Source: the human T2T-CHM13v2.0 reference genome, Homo sapiens. From it: a stretch of DNA of 64,000 nt. Below the pieces are notes generated by a model. The model ran no database searches. It had not been told where the DNA came from and saw only the letters and a list, made by a program, of their open reading frames with translations. Both the position numbers and the translations under genes were made by a program. Shown in pieces: positions 42,054-55,825 of the stretch (position 1 is its first letter; each line of letters begins with the position of its first letter). The stretch is taken from assembly GCF_009914755.1 (NCBI RefSeq), contig NC_060935.1. One strand, 5' to 3'.

Positions 42054-43193
42054 TTATAGCATGGTCAGCTCAGATGCCATCACATTACACAGGCTTAAAC
42101 CATAACCTGAACTCATTGCTGGGCCTTCCTCTACCTATACACAAGTACCTTTCAATGTTACTGATGTCGGTATGCAATGAACCTCAGCATTTGGAGTTCT
42201 GTGGTCATTTGGTTTAGGATAACTACTGTAGCTCTGATCTTGGGGAGAGGAAAATTCTCCCAGTATTTGTTGCAAACGTGCTTGGGCACCCAAACCAATT
42301 AATTGAGCATTATGCATGTATGAATTTCACTCACTCTCACAACAACCCTGTGAGATCACGTATGTCTATTCCATAGATGATAGAGTGTGAGAGAAGTAAA
42401 ATAATTCTCTGCAGTCTTATAATTGAGATCCTGTCTTATGCCATATCCTATGCTCTTTCTATAACACCAGACACTTCATTTTGGAAACTGTGTTTGGATT
42501 CTAGAATTAGAATAGAACCACATTAGAAATACAGGTCTAGATCAGAACCTGGTCTGTCCTGCAGAGGACTAGAGCCAACTAGGGCTGCTGGGAAAAAGAC
42601 AGTGTTTCCTCAAGGACATTATTCACCAGGTTTAATTACACCATCAAATAAGACTATCTGAAGTAAATATGTGTTTTTTACGATTCCATACCTTAACACA
42701 TTAACAGACTTTTTTTTCTTAACCAATGCCAATACTGATAGCAGAGTGTCTAGTAGGTATTCATCCTTTGTCTGTCCTCCAAGACTTCCAGGCTTGAATT
42801 CTAGGTATTGGCTGTAAGATGAAGGTTTAATTCCACATAAGAGAGCTGCAATATCCTTTACAGAACTGGCACACCCTGGCTTGACAGTGGTTCACAAGCA
42901 AATGCCTGTGCCCTTTGACTCAGCTCATGGTTCCTTAGAAACTCCATTGTCAGTATTCTTCCAATGCTTCATTAGTCAATCTATAGTGTCCAGATCAAGG
43001 AAAATAATCTCATGGGTCTAAGTGAGAAAGCTTGAGAAGAGGATACAGACAAGGTCACATAAAGAGAAATACAGAGCAAAGGGAACAGAATCGGTGACAG
43101 ACACCAAAAGACAGAGATGGAGATGAAAGTGGGCGAGAAGAGATAGAGAAAAAGAGAGATATGGAATGAATGAATGGAAATAAAAGAGAGATG

Positions 43194-43467
43194 GGCTGAG
43201 CGTGATGGCTCATGCCTGCAATACCAGCACTTTGGGCAGATCACTTGAGGTCAGGAGTTCAAGACCAGCTAGGCCAACATGGTAAAACCCCATCAAATAC
43301 AAAAAAATTGGCTGGGTGTGGTGGTGTGTGCCTGTAATCCCAGCTACTCGGGAGGCTGAGGCATGAGAATTGCTTGAACCTGAGAGGCGGAGGTTTCAGT
43401 GAGCCAAGATTTCACCACTGCACTCCAGTCTGGATGACAGAGACTGTGTCTTAAAAACAAACAAACA
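43194..43467 (+). mobile_element. AluS with two small internal deletions
   Basis: TSD core aaaagagaga on both sides; short segments missing after cactttgg and after cccatc. Confidence 0.9.
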
Positions 43468-45239
43468 AAAAGAGAGACTGCACAGGAAGAACTGTCTCTG
43501 TATTCTCTTATATTGCAGTAATGATAGCCAGCAAAATAAATGCACATTAATTTCATAATTTATGACAACAGGCCTTTCTTGTGTGTATGCTCCTTGAACT
43601 GGATTCCTCAATCACCTTTCTTACATAAACCATTCCCACAATGCAGAAGTTTTGATTTTCAGTTTTCATCCTGTTAAGATAGATCTATAACTTAATGATA
43701 CCTCCAGAACAGTCTGAAAAAAGAATACTTCTAGACTTTCACCACTTATTAATAACTTTCAAGATCTGTGACAGCTGTTTTCTTACTATTAATTCATAGC
43801 AATATGTATTTTTAGCAACTCTCCTTTAGAAGTTTTCCGAAGTATTTAACTTAGTTTTCATAGAAACAAAATTCTTTTATTTTCTTTTGTTTATATTTAA
43901 TTGATTATGGGATATTTAATTACATTTATGATGAAAAAGAAGTGGAATTGGTGCAAATAGGCTTTGGTACAAGCACCCGAATAGTGAGAGCTGTAGCATG
44001 CAGCATCCCATGGAGCAGGCGATTGGCTGCAGGAATTTGGGGTGGTGAGAATCAAAGTTTTTCAGAGGGACTGGAGAATGTCTTAACCGAGTAAGTCAGT
44101 TCAGTGGAGGTCGGCTGAAAGCACTTTACACTTGGGGCATGGCTGGGACTGGAGCCCTGGTTGGGGGTCTGGGTAGCTCTTTTCAACATGGCACATCACA
44201 TTTTTGTCACAGTTTTCACAGTGGTGCTTCCAGGCTCTCATCGGTCACCACTTCCTCTTCTGATTTTTTACCTAACATTTTATTTACCTGTACTTAAAAG
44301 CAGAGGCACATTTCTGAGTTAGAGGGAATTTTGAAATTAGGCACCAAATGTCTAATTTTCAAATCCTGAATTAAATGTTTAAGACATATTTTTAATGGCT
44401 AAAAAAATAGTAATGTAAGAACCTGTATGTAGAGATTAGAGAAAGTGTCATCCACAGAAGTTCTGAAAAATTTCTGCTCCATCTTCTGTAGCTGGGGCCT
44501 GAAGGAGGGCACCAGAGAGTCTGACTCCTATTTCTCCTGCTGAGGAAGTGGCATGGTGGCCTGGCAACAAAGTACTGTAAAAACTTCTAGCGCCCTCTAA
44601 TTTGGAATGGCAGTGATTGACTGTGAGGATGATGCTCATGACAGCTGGGGAGCCCTCATCTGCAATCATGTTTGCTGCTATAGATCACGCCCAAATGAAT
44701 AAGCCACATGAATCTCCCACAAACAGAAAGGTCCTAGGTACCAGGGCCTCTTCTGATTCCAGGGGTCAGGGGCCAGTGGGCATATGAGATATTGATCAGT
44801 CCAAACAGAAAACATGATATGGACTGGTGGTCTTTCAGCATCTTCCAACATCAGAATGTGCAAAGCCACTTCCTCTTGCTGGGAGTGCTGGGCCGTCACC
44901 CTAAGCCTTTTGGGCTGCCATATCCCTGTACAAACCCTGCAAAACTGCATCTACCAGACCTACATCTTACAATCTGAATGGCAAATTCTATGCACATCAG
45001 GTGGACAGTTACACAATCCAAAGGGAATATCTCCAACCACTCTCTCTTTTGATAAACATCTGGTCTTAAAAGAGCTTTTATCATTCAAAACTGAGAATAC
45101 AGAAAACAACAATAACATAAAATCCCTATTCAAAATGATGTACAACATAAAGAAGAACAGCATCGTTCTGGGTGGGCAGAGGAAAAGCAGAAACAGAAGT
45201 AAATGTTTTACTCTTTCTGCTTCAGGTTCTTAATAAAAT

Positions 45240-45870
45240 TCAATATGATAAAACACAAGACTGAGAAGCTAATGAAGCTGATTGAGACAATGGCAAAACT
45301 GCGAGAGGAAACTGAATTAGATAAACAAGGCCAAAAATTCCACGGCAAAATTTAAATTGTATTAGAAGCCTTCAAGAACAAAATAGGCACTGTAGAACAT
45401 TTAATCAGCAATACAGAGGACAAATTTGAGAATCTCCCCTGAAATGTGAAGCAGTATGTTAAAAGAGATTAAAACAATAAACTATAAGTTGATAGATGTG
45501 GAGGGCAGAGAATTAAAGTCTAATGTATAGATGTCTGAACTTCTAAAAAAAGGGACCAGAAAAAAATGGATCTGATGCAATTATATAAGACACAAAACTT
45601 AAAAAATAATTCTCAATTTTCAAATAGAAAATAACTCAACAAAAGTGGATTTGTTCTATTGAAAATTTGAATTTTAAGCCCAAAGAAAATATCCTGCATG
45701 TATTCATCTAAAAGACAAATAAGATTAGACTTTCTATTAATAAAATGGCCTGGCCACATTGTTCTCCACCACAAAACTAAACATCAGATGGCTGTGATAT
45801 TATGAAGGACAACATGTCATGAGCCAGGAATTCTATATCCAGCTAAATTGTCATTCACTACAGGTGAAAC
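45240..45870 (+). mobile_element. Ancient L1 ORF1/HAL1-like fragment
   Basis: ccaggaattctatatccagctaaattgtcattc, aaaatatcctgca ORF1 motifs. Confidence 0.55.
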
Positions 45871-46044
45871 AGGAATATATTCTTAGACATTCATTTTTTA
45901 TTAAACCTAATGGTCTTCCATTTTCTGTTTGCCTACTGTCTAAAATGAATACTGTGAAAAATGTCTTTACACATTTTAACTTGTCATTAAAATTTTTGAT
46001 CATAAATTATAGTAGTTGCAAAGAATGAAGAAAATAAATATTGA

Positions 46045-46610
46045 CTTTTTAAAGTCAGCTTTATTAAATTATAACTTACATAGAGTAAAATTCCCTTTTT
46101 AAGATGTAGTCTGATGGGTTTTGAGAAACGTATGCAGACATGTAATCAACACCTCAATCAAAATATAGAATACTTGAATTATCCTAAAAAGTTGTATCAT
46201 GTACTTTGTAATCAACTTTGCTTTCCACTTCAGTCCCTGACAACCAATGATCTAATTTCTGTTGTTATAGTTTGCCTTTTCCACATTGGCATATGGATAG
46301 AATGACATAATATATGTTTTCTTTAGTGGCTGGTTTCTTCCACTCAGCATAATACATTTGAGATTCATTTATGGTTGTTACGTGTATCAGGAGTTTGTTC
46401 TTTTTTATTGCTAAATAATATTCATTGTATGAATATATCACCATTTGTTTATCTATTCACCAGTTGAGGACACTGGAGTTGTTTCTAGTCTTTGATGATT
46501 ATAGATAAAGTTGTTATGAACTTTCATATAAAGGTCTTTGGATGAACATATGTTTTCATTTCTCTTGGGTAAATATTAAGGAGAGGAATGGCAGGCCATA
46601 TGAATATTTT
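46045..46610 (-). mobile_element. L1MB/L1MD-like 3' UTR
   Basis: cagctttattaaattataacttacatag, ccactcagcataat, tttcatttctcttgggtaaata. Confidence 0.75.
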
Positions 46611-47960
46611 TTAAATGAACTTTTTTCTAACTCTTTAAAATGCACTTAATGAAATGTAAAACACATAGAGATTTGCTACTTACTGTAGTCTAAAATGAAA
46701 TCATAAACAAGTTTTCTTTAACTATTAGCACTTTATTGTTTACCTTATATATAGTCAATGTCCTCCCAGAATGATATTCTAGTGAAATATATTTGTATAT
46801 TTGGGAATCTTTGATTCTCCTTTCGTTCTTCTCTGTAACCAAAAATATGTGCATAAGTATAAATTTATTTATTTTTATTTCCTGAAAACATATTACCTTA
46901 AGGCCTAAATGATTTATTCTGATTGACTTATTATTACAATTATTGTTAGTGTGCATGTGATCCAAACAACATACATATATTTAAATATTTGAAAAATTAT
47001 TGAACATAAAAAGTACTTGTATTGGAAAAATATCTTAACAAGATGGGCAGAAGGTGGTGAGTCTTATTTAAATAAGCTTCTCTGATACCAAATAGTTAAA
47101 ATTATCCATATGTTTCATGCCCAGGAATCTTTTATATTATGAAGCAATGTATCCTAAGAAGACATTGAATGTGTGAGAAGTATGGCTAAAGATAATTGTG
47201 AAAGGGGCAATGGCAAGGAAGCCCCACAAAGAGGTGAATCCTCAAGCAAATAAGTTATACTTAAAAAGTGCATATGGAATTTGAAGACGTGGAAAATAAG
47301 TATGTGCAAACTACCTATCCCCATAGGCCCCTGGAAAAGTTGATGTTTCTTGAAGTACACATAACCTACTCTGAAGATCTCTGCTCCAGACAACTGTGTA
47401 AAATGTGTAAAAGGTTACTCAAAACAAAGCATTAAAAATGAAAACTATTTTCTGTAAATTTATTTTACAGAAACAAATTTAAACCTAGAATCAAGCCTAT
47501 GATTTTGCTATAAAACCAAATTTATATGTCATTAGCCCTGATAAATTTAGACACATAATATGGAAATGAGGTAATAATGAACTAAGTTTAAAACACAGTT
47601 CTTAACCAAACACTGTAATAGGAAGAGGGAAGGACAAGAAGAATTAAAAATGTGAAATGTTATTGTCTTTATAGAGGAAATTAACAAACATGGGTTTATT
47701 ATTAATGTTGATAATTGGGGAAACATAGTTTTTTCTTAACATTAAGATAACCATTATTTATATGTTTTAAATCAATAAAATAACTCTTAGCCCAAATACT
47801 ACAACATAAAAGCAAGCATAAGAAAACATTCAGGAAATATATATATATTTTTTTAAATTTATAATATTTATTAAAAATAAAAATTCAAAATATATAAAGG
47901 CCTTTTATTTCTCATATTTCCATTTCACATGTAAAATTAGGACATCTATAATCTCCTTAA

Positions 47961-48166
47961 TTTTTTTTTATTATTATACTTTAAGTTTTAGGGTACATGT
48001 GCACAATGTGCAGGTTAGTTACATATGTATACATGTGCCATGCTGGTGTGCTGCACCCATTAACTCGTCATTCAGCATTAGTTATATCTCCTAATGCTAT
48101 CCCTCCCCCCTCCCCCCACCCCACAACAGTCCCCAGAGTATGATGTTCCCCTTCCTGTGTCCATGT
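47961..48166 (-). mobile_element. L1PA3/4 3' end (~200 bp)
   Basis: Near-consensus L1PA 3' UTR; no clear TSD. Confidence 0.9.
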
Positions 48167-48169
48167 ACT

Positions 48170-48625
48170 TTCCCTATAATAATTGATACTCTCATGCAAT
48201 AATTCATACATGTCCAATTTCTTTTTCATTTTCTTTCAAATTCAGGAGGTATATTCATATCTCTTGATAAAGTTTTACGTGCATCACACTTTCAGAGTTA
48301 ACGTTGTTCATTTATTAGAATTCAGAACTCTCAACTGAAAATGAGATAAGCAAGGAGTAAATTTTGAAAATATTATTGATTAATTTGGTTCCATTTTAGG
48401 CCAGGAAAGGAACATTACAATAAATTCTGGTTTCACTATAAATAAAATATTTAAACGTAAAACAATGTTGTGACTTTAATATACTATTTTCCTGTTTTTC
48501 AATATTTTTCAGACATTTTAATATTCTAGAAAAATTAACCCTTCAAAATACATACAAACATATACTACTGGGGACATATATTTCCTTTTGTCTCAGTCTC
48601 TAATATGGCTCGGCATGGCATTATC
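48170..48625. mobile_element. Zaphod/MER115-like hAT-Tip100 fragment
   Basis: ttccttttgtctcagtctctaatatggctcggcatggca resembles the family terminus. Confidence 0.4.
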
Positions 48626-48672
48626 AGAAACTTGTTTTTACTTGAAAGTTGTAAATTTAGTTCATTATGAAC

Positions 48673-48983
48673 TTTTTTTTATTGTTATACTTTAAGTTCT
48701 AGGGTACCTGTGCACAACGTGCAGGTTTGTTACACAGGTATACACGTGCCATGTTGGTTTGTTGCACCCATCAACCGGTCATTTACATTAGGTATTTCTC
48801 CTAAAGCTATCCCTGCCCCAGCCTCCCACCCCCTAACAGGCCCCGGTGTGTAATGTTCCCTTCCCTGTGTCCATGTGTTCTCATTGTTCAACTCCCACTT
48901 ATGAGTGAGAACGTGTGATGTCCTTGTGATATTTTGCTAAGAATGATGGTTTCCAGCTTCATCCATGTCCCTGCAAGGACATA
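48673..48983 (-). mobile_element. L1PA5-7 3' end
   Basis: tactttaagttctagggtac, gcaggtttgttaca, acaggccccggtgtg. Confidence 0.88.
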
Positions 48984-49047
48984 TTTTTAAATGATAGAAG
49001 CACATCAGTTATTTTTAGAAATGCAAATTGCTTAAATGTTATACTGA

Positions 49048-49930
<883 letters not shown>

Positions 49931-50528
49931 TTTGAAAAAATTGACTCAGAGTAAATCAAAACATTGGTCAAATAAAATACAAGTTAAACAAAAGCAAGTA
50001 AAAGAAAATCAGAGATTACATTATTTTTAAGAATGAAAATAACTCAAGAAAAAATGGGAATGAGAGGTATATTTTTATTTATATAGATTTTAAGATACGA
50101 CAAAGTTATAACCATCAACCAAGTTTAAAGTTATACAAAGAAAAAAATTGAAGATATAAGGAGAAATGAATGAAAAAAAGTTTACCAAAATTGATGCAAA
50201 CTGGATAATACATTAAGATTTAAACTACCATTTTGATAGTTACAATAAAACTTCTGCTATTTTTGGAAAAATATAAATCAATATATAATTTATTCAATAA
50301 CTCAAAGATACAAACAAAAAATAACTGAGGACAAAAATTTTAAATGTTGTCAAAGTTTTAGCTTCAAAAAAACCACTGGATCAATATGACTCTTATAGTT
50401 GTCTTTCTAATTGGCAAATAAATTATTGCAACACATAATTGTAGAAGGCAGAAAATAGTGACAAGTTTCAAACTGATTTTATTATCAGTTTCAAAGTCAA
50501 AAACTTTAAATATAAAGAAATACAGCAG

Positions 50529-51028
50529 GGGTGGGTGCGGTGGCTCACGCCTGTATCCCAGCACCTTGGGAGGCCAAAGTGGGCGGATCATTTGAGATCA
50601 GGAGTTCAAAACCAGCCTGGCCAACATGGCAAAACTCTGCTTCTACTAAAAATACAAAAATTACCCAGGCGTGGTGGCAGGCACCTGAAGTCTCAGCTAC
50701 TCAGGAGGCTGAAGCAAGAGAATTGCTTGAACCCAGGAGGTGGAGGTTGCAGTGAGCTGAGGTTGTGCTACTGCATGCCAGCCTGGGTGACAGAATGAGA
50801 CTGTGTCTCAGGAAAGAAAGAAAGAAAGAAGGAAAGAAAGAGAGAAAGAAATAAAGAAAGAAAGAAAGAAAAGAAAGAAGGAAAGAAAGAAAGAGAGAAA
50901 GAAAGAAGGAAAGAGGAGGAGAGTGGGGGAGGGGAGGGAAGGGAAGGGAAAGGAAAGGAAAGGGAAAGAAAGAGGGAGGGATGGAGGGAGAGAGAGAAAG
51001 AAAAAGAAAAGAAAGAAAGGAAAAGAAA
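50529..51028 (+). mobile_element. AluS with expanded purine tail
   Basis: Body 50529-50809; degenerate TSD at 50514-50528 and 51029-51043. Confidence 0.9.
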
Positions 51029-51035
51029 AAAGAAA
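50810..51035. repeat. (GAAA)n/(GGGAA)n/(GGGA)n polypurine tract
   Basis: Directly read, ~225 bp with only a few pyrimidines. Confidence 0.95.
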
Positions 51036-51138
51036 TATGGCAGAAAGGAAGTAAAATGAATGTTGTTGAACTTACCCTAATCAGGCACTGTTTGAAGCCC
51101 TTTAAATATAAGAAAGATAGGAAGAAAAAAAGTCTGTA

Positions 51139-51435
51139 GGCTGGGCGTGGTGGCTCATGCCTGTAATTCCAGCACTTTGGGAGGCTGAGGTGGGAGGATC
51201 ACAAGGTTGGGAGTTCGAGACCAGCCTGACAACATGATGAAACTTTGTCTCTACTAAAAAAAACACACACAAAAATTAGCCAGGCATGGTGGTGCATGCC
51301 TGTAATCCCAGCTACTCAGGAACCTGAATCAGGAGAATCACTTGAACCTGGGAGGCGAAGGTTGCAGTGAGCCCAGATCGTACCACTGGGTGACAGAGTG
51401 AAACTCCATCTCAAAAAAAAAAAAAAAAAAAAAAA
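51139..51435 (+). mobile_element. AluSg-like
   Basis: gatcacaaggt, small deletion in right arm, A-tail. Confidence 0.9.
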
Positions 51436-51439
51436 TTTG

Positions 51440-53300
51440 TAGACAGATAGGCATACCGATATCATAATAAATACATGATCTGATCAAATAAAATATCTAC
51501 CAATCAAATCCAGCAACATATTTTAAGGCACATTGCATTAAAACTAAGAAAAATCTATTATAAAAATGCAAGGATGGTTCAATAGTCATTCGGTTCAATA
51601 GCCATTCTCAACTTTTAAATTCCCTATACTAGAGATAGAAGAATTTATCCTTAAAATGACAAAGATATTTTCTCAAACAGGTACATAGAAAACTTTGAAA
51701 ATGCAGAAGCAATTATGCTCAAAATGAAGACAAGAATCCCCATTATTTTTACTATTTTTAAATATATTTTTTTGGGTTCCAGCCATACAGTGCACAATTG
51801 GGAAAAAAATCATTGTGTAGTGATTGAGAAAAAAAGATATACTTTAAAAACTGTTTTATATTAAATATATTCATCTTCTTGGTAATAACTTGCTAATCTA
51901 TTTGAGCTAGTTATTATATTCAGTATTGTTGAAAGTTTAAAACATAAAAATCAATACTTTTCCTCCATATCAACAATAAATAGTAACAAAAAATAAAATA
52001 TTCCATTCTCTAAAGCAAGAATATACCAATAATACAAGCAAACAAATAGATATACATTGAGCAAGAAATGCATAAAAGTTTTATTAAGAAGATAATATGG
52101 ATTTCTACTTCCAGCAAATTAGCAAGCCAAGATTCTTAAAATCCTCTCTGTTACATTCACAGAAGCTGGATAAAATATATGGGGAAAATGTAAATTTTTA
52201 GTTAACTTTGCAAAAAAGAAAATCCCCAGGAGCCAAACAAGGCAAAGAAACTGAAAATCAGAGTTGTAAGTGAGTGAGATGATGCTGTTGCTGCACTGTG
52301 GTAACTGCATTAATTCATGTTATGGATCCTCTAAGCCATGGATTTGGCTTCTAATGTCCTTCCAATCCCAGACGATGAAGAATTTATACCTAGGTGAGGG
52401 GATGCTGAGAGAGTGAGAATCCTGCATGAAGCAGAGACTGTTGAAGGGATATCTCCCTCAATATAAGAGGCAGATTAGGAAAAAAATAAAACAAAGGAGC
52501 CCATTGAGAGGCCAAGAAAACCTGTTCCTGAAAGATCTCTAGAAGAAGAAAAAAGCTCTCTTGAGATACCTAAATACTGACTTTGCTCTGCAAGCAGGCT
52601 TGGGATTGAAATTTATACTACCCATGAGGCCTGTAATCATAACAATGAGAAATTATTCCCCATCCAAGATATCTCTGTGATGTTTGGGAAAAGTAAATTC
52701 AAAACCTCTCTGAAAAAAACACTACCACAATCAGACTACATGGCATTATTACCAAGATCATTGAAGATGAATTCACAATTCAAAACACACACCACACACA
52801 CACACACACACGGTTCATTGTGAGTTGTGGTCAGCAGAAACAACAGAAAGATTAAAGCCCCGAGACATTCAAATAAAATGGTCTGAAAAAGAAATATGCT
52901 TAAAATGGATAGAGATATAAGTGCTAGATCCCCCCAAATAATAATAAGATATTAAGAAGAAAAACTAGGCTTTCTTTTAAAAAAGTATCCATTGTAACTA
53001 AAAGACATGCAAAATATAATCTGACATTCATAGACACTCCTGGTGAAAAGATGAAGAATAAACTTCTGGAAGAAGGAAATTAAATGTAGAAGAAAGGAGT
53101 AGGCTGCATAAAGAAATAATTTCTCTTACTTAAAAGAAATGAAAATTTACCAAGTGGAGGTGAAAAAAATCTGAATAAATAGAGAATTCCATCAAGTTGT
53201 TAAATGAGAAGAATCACTGTAAACGTGTCAGTTTCCTCAAATCAATGTTTAACTACATTCCAATTTTTCAAAATTTAGCTGTATTAAAAAATGTGAGTGT
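51440..53300 (+). mobile_element. Ancient L1M fragments (ORF2 pieces, then 5' UTR/ORF1-like pieces)
   Basis: aatccagcaacata, aatgcaaggatggttcaa, acataaaaatcaata; very degenerate. Confidence 0.5.
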
Positions 53301-53522
53301 CTATGTCTTTTACATTTTCATGTATATGATTGTTTTCCCCTAGTATACCTATGGCATTCATGTGGTTTTCAGGAAAATGATGAAATGGTGTCATCAGTAT
53401 TCTTACATTAAGCATTCGAAGAGTGAATATTTGGCTTTAGACATGGAACAAGAAAATAGAGTACAGAACTTATAAAGACAGAAAAAGATCTATAACTTCC
53501 TTGATCTCTTCCATTAGTCTAT

Positions 53523-53800
53523 ACAGTTGGCACTCCATAACCATGGGTTCTGCATCCATGGATTCAATCAACCATAAATTGAAAATATTCAATTCCACAA
53601 AAATTTTAAAAAGCAAAATTTGAATTTGCCACATGCTGAGTACTAAATTGAATCCATGCAAATGAAGTGATCTGTGTATTTTATTAGTACACAGTAGTCT
53701 AGAGATGATTTAAAATATATGGAAGAATGTGCATAGGTTATATGCAAATACTATGCTATTTTCTATAAGGGACTTGAGCCTCTGTGGATTTGGGTATCAT
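53523..53800. mobile_element. Tigger3-family (MER7/Golem) DNA transposon
   Basis: cagttggcactccataaccatgggttctgcatccatggattcaa; ataggttatatgcaaatactatg...ataagggacttgagc. Confidence 0.85.
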
Positions 53801-55527
53801 AGACGTTCTAGATCACAGAAGTTTATCCAGAAAAGATCTAGAACTGACAGGAAGAAAGAAATAAAGACTTCCTCTTCCATTCTGGATACTTTATAGGAAT
53901 AAAGAAGAAAGAGGAAAAGAATGCACATTTCTTATTTCCCTATGCACCTCCTGCAATGCTCTACCTCAGAGTGGAAAAAGGGGATACAGAAGCAGAAACA
54001 TCCAGATTTGTTCCTGAGAGCATCATCACATGCAGTACTTTTCTCTAGGCATCCTTAGAAGGTGCACCTTCTAAGATGCTTTTGGAAAAGATCTTCATGA
54101 GACAACTTGGAACGTAGTGTAGGATGATAGTGCAGCAGCATCAATGGAGGTAGGCGGTAGATAATTACAGGCAGTGCTGCTGCTCCCTATGTCCTGCTTG
54201 TGGAATGCAGGGGGCTTGGAAATTCTCACACGCCCTGGTGAGGGGGTCCAGAGGGGATGCGAATAACCATGGATTGGCAGAAGACTATGCATATCTAAAG
54301 ATGCCTCTGCAAATAGGAATTTCAAGAAAAAGGCTGGATAATTTTGACTTCTTCTTTCCCCCTGTAGCTAGCTAACTTTCCCATTTCATTTGGGACTTAC
54401 TTGTCTAATGTTCTACTTTTATTTCTTGACTAGTTTTGTCAGAAAAAGTTATCTTTTAGAAACAAAATTATTATTTGATTTTCTTTGTCTTCTCAGTATT
54501 TTTTATTTTTGTTTCGATCATTATTATTGCCAACCTTCTTATTTCTTTGAATTTGTACTGCTATTATTTTCCCCAATTTTTTATTTTAATGCTTATCTCA
54601 TTTGTTTTCATTCACTTTTGCTCTTTAATAAGTGGATTTAAAACTATAAAGTTGCCTCTAAGGACTGCTTTATCTGTGTTTCACAAATGCCATTCTGTTC
54701 TAACCACACTGTTAAATTTCCTTAATTTTGGCAGGGATGTGAGATTATATATGTGTGTGTGCATTACATAAATATAAATTATACTTTCTTGGTTATTTTA
54801 TAATATATATTTTCTAGATTGATATATTAAACATGTTCTTTTTTAGCGATTTTAAAATATTTTTGCATTATAGATTAAGACTGTAGTCTATATAATTTTT
54901 ATTCTTTGGATATCACTGAGTTTACTTTGGTTGCCTATTATATGGTCAATTATTGTTAATGTCTCATATGTAAATGAACTAACGTGAATTTCCCATTAGT
55001 TGGGTGTAATATTCTATATCTATTTGTTCATTTATCATTTAACAATATTGAAATTATTGAGTTTTTTATCCAAATCTCTCTCTTTGCGTATTTTGTATCT
55101 GCTTGGTCTATTAGTTTCTGAGTGGGTATATTAAATCTCCAAATAAAATTGCTGCTTTGTTAACTTGGGGCTATATTGTTAGGGGTATTTATGATATATA
55201 TTTTTTCTTTGCATATATTTGAGGGATATAAGGGAAGCTTTATTGCATAGATAAATCGAGTAACTGTGAAGTCTGGGCTTTCAGTGTATCCATCACCCGA
55301 ATAGTGTACATTGTACCCATTAAATAATGTCTCATCCCTCACTCCTCTCCCACTTTGCAACCCTTCCAAGTCTACAATATCTATTATTCACATACTATGT
55401 CCATATGTACACATTATTTAGCTCTCAATTTCAAGTGAGAATATGTGGCTTTTGACTTTCTATTTCTGAGTTGTTTCACTTAAGATTTTGTCCTCCAGTT
55501 CCATTCATATTGCTGCAAGTGACATAA

Positions 55528-55825
<298 letters not shown>

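Noticed and set aside
43960-45050. Possible processed pseudogene or exon in GC-richer unique sequence
   Set aside because: No recognisable protein, poly(A) tail or TSD; left unassigned.
50803-51054. Lys/Arg/Glu-rich 83-aa ORF
   Set aside because: It is a translation of the polypurine microsatellite.
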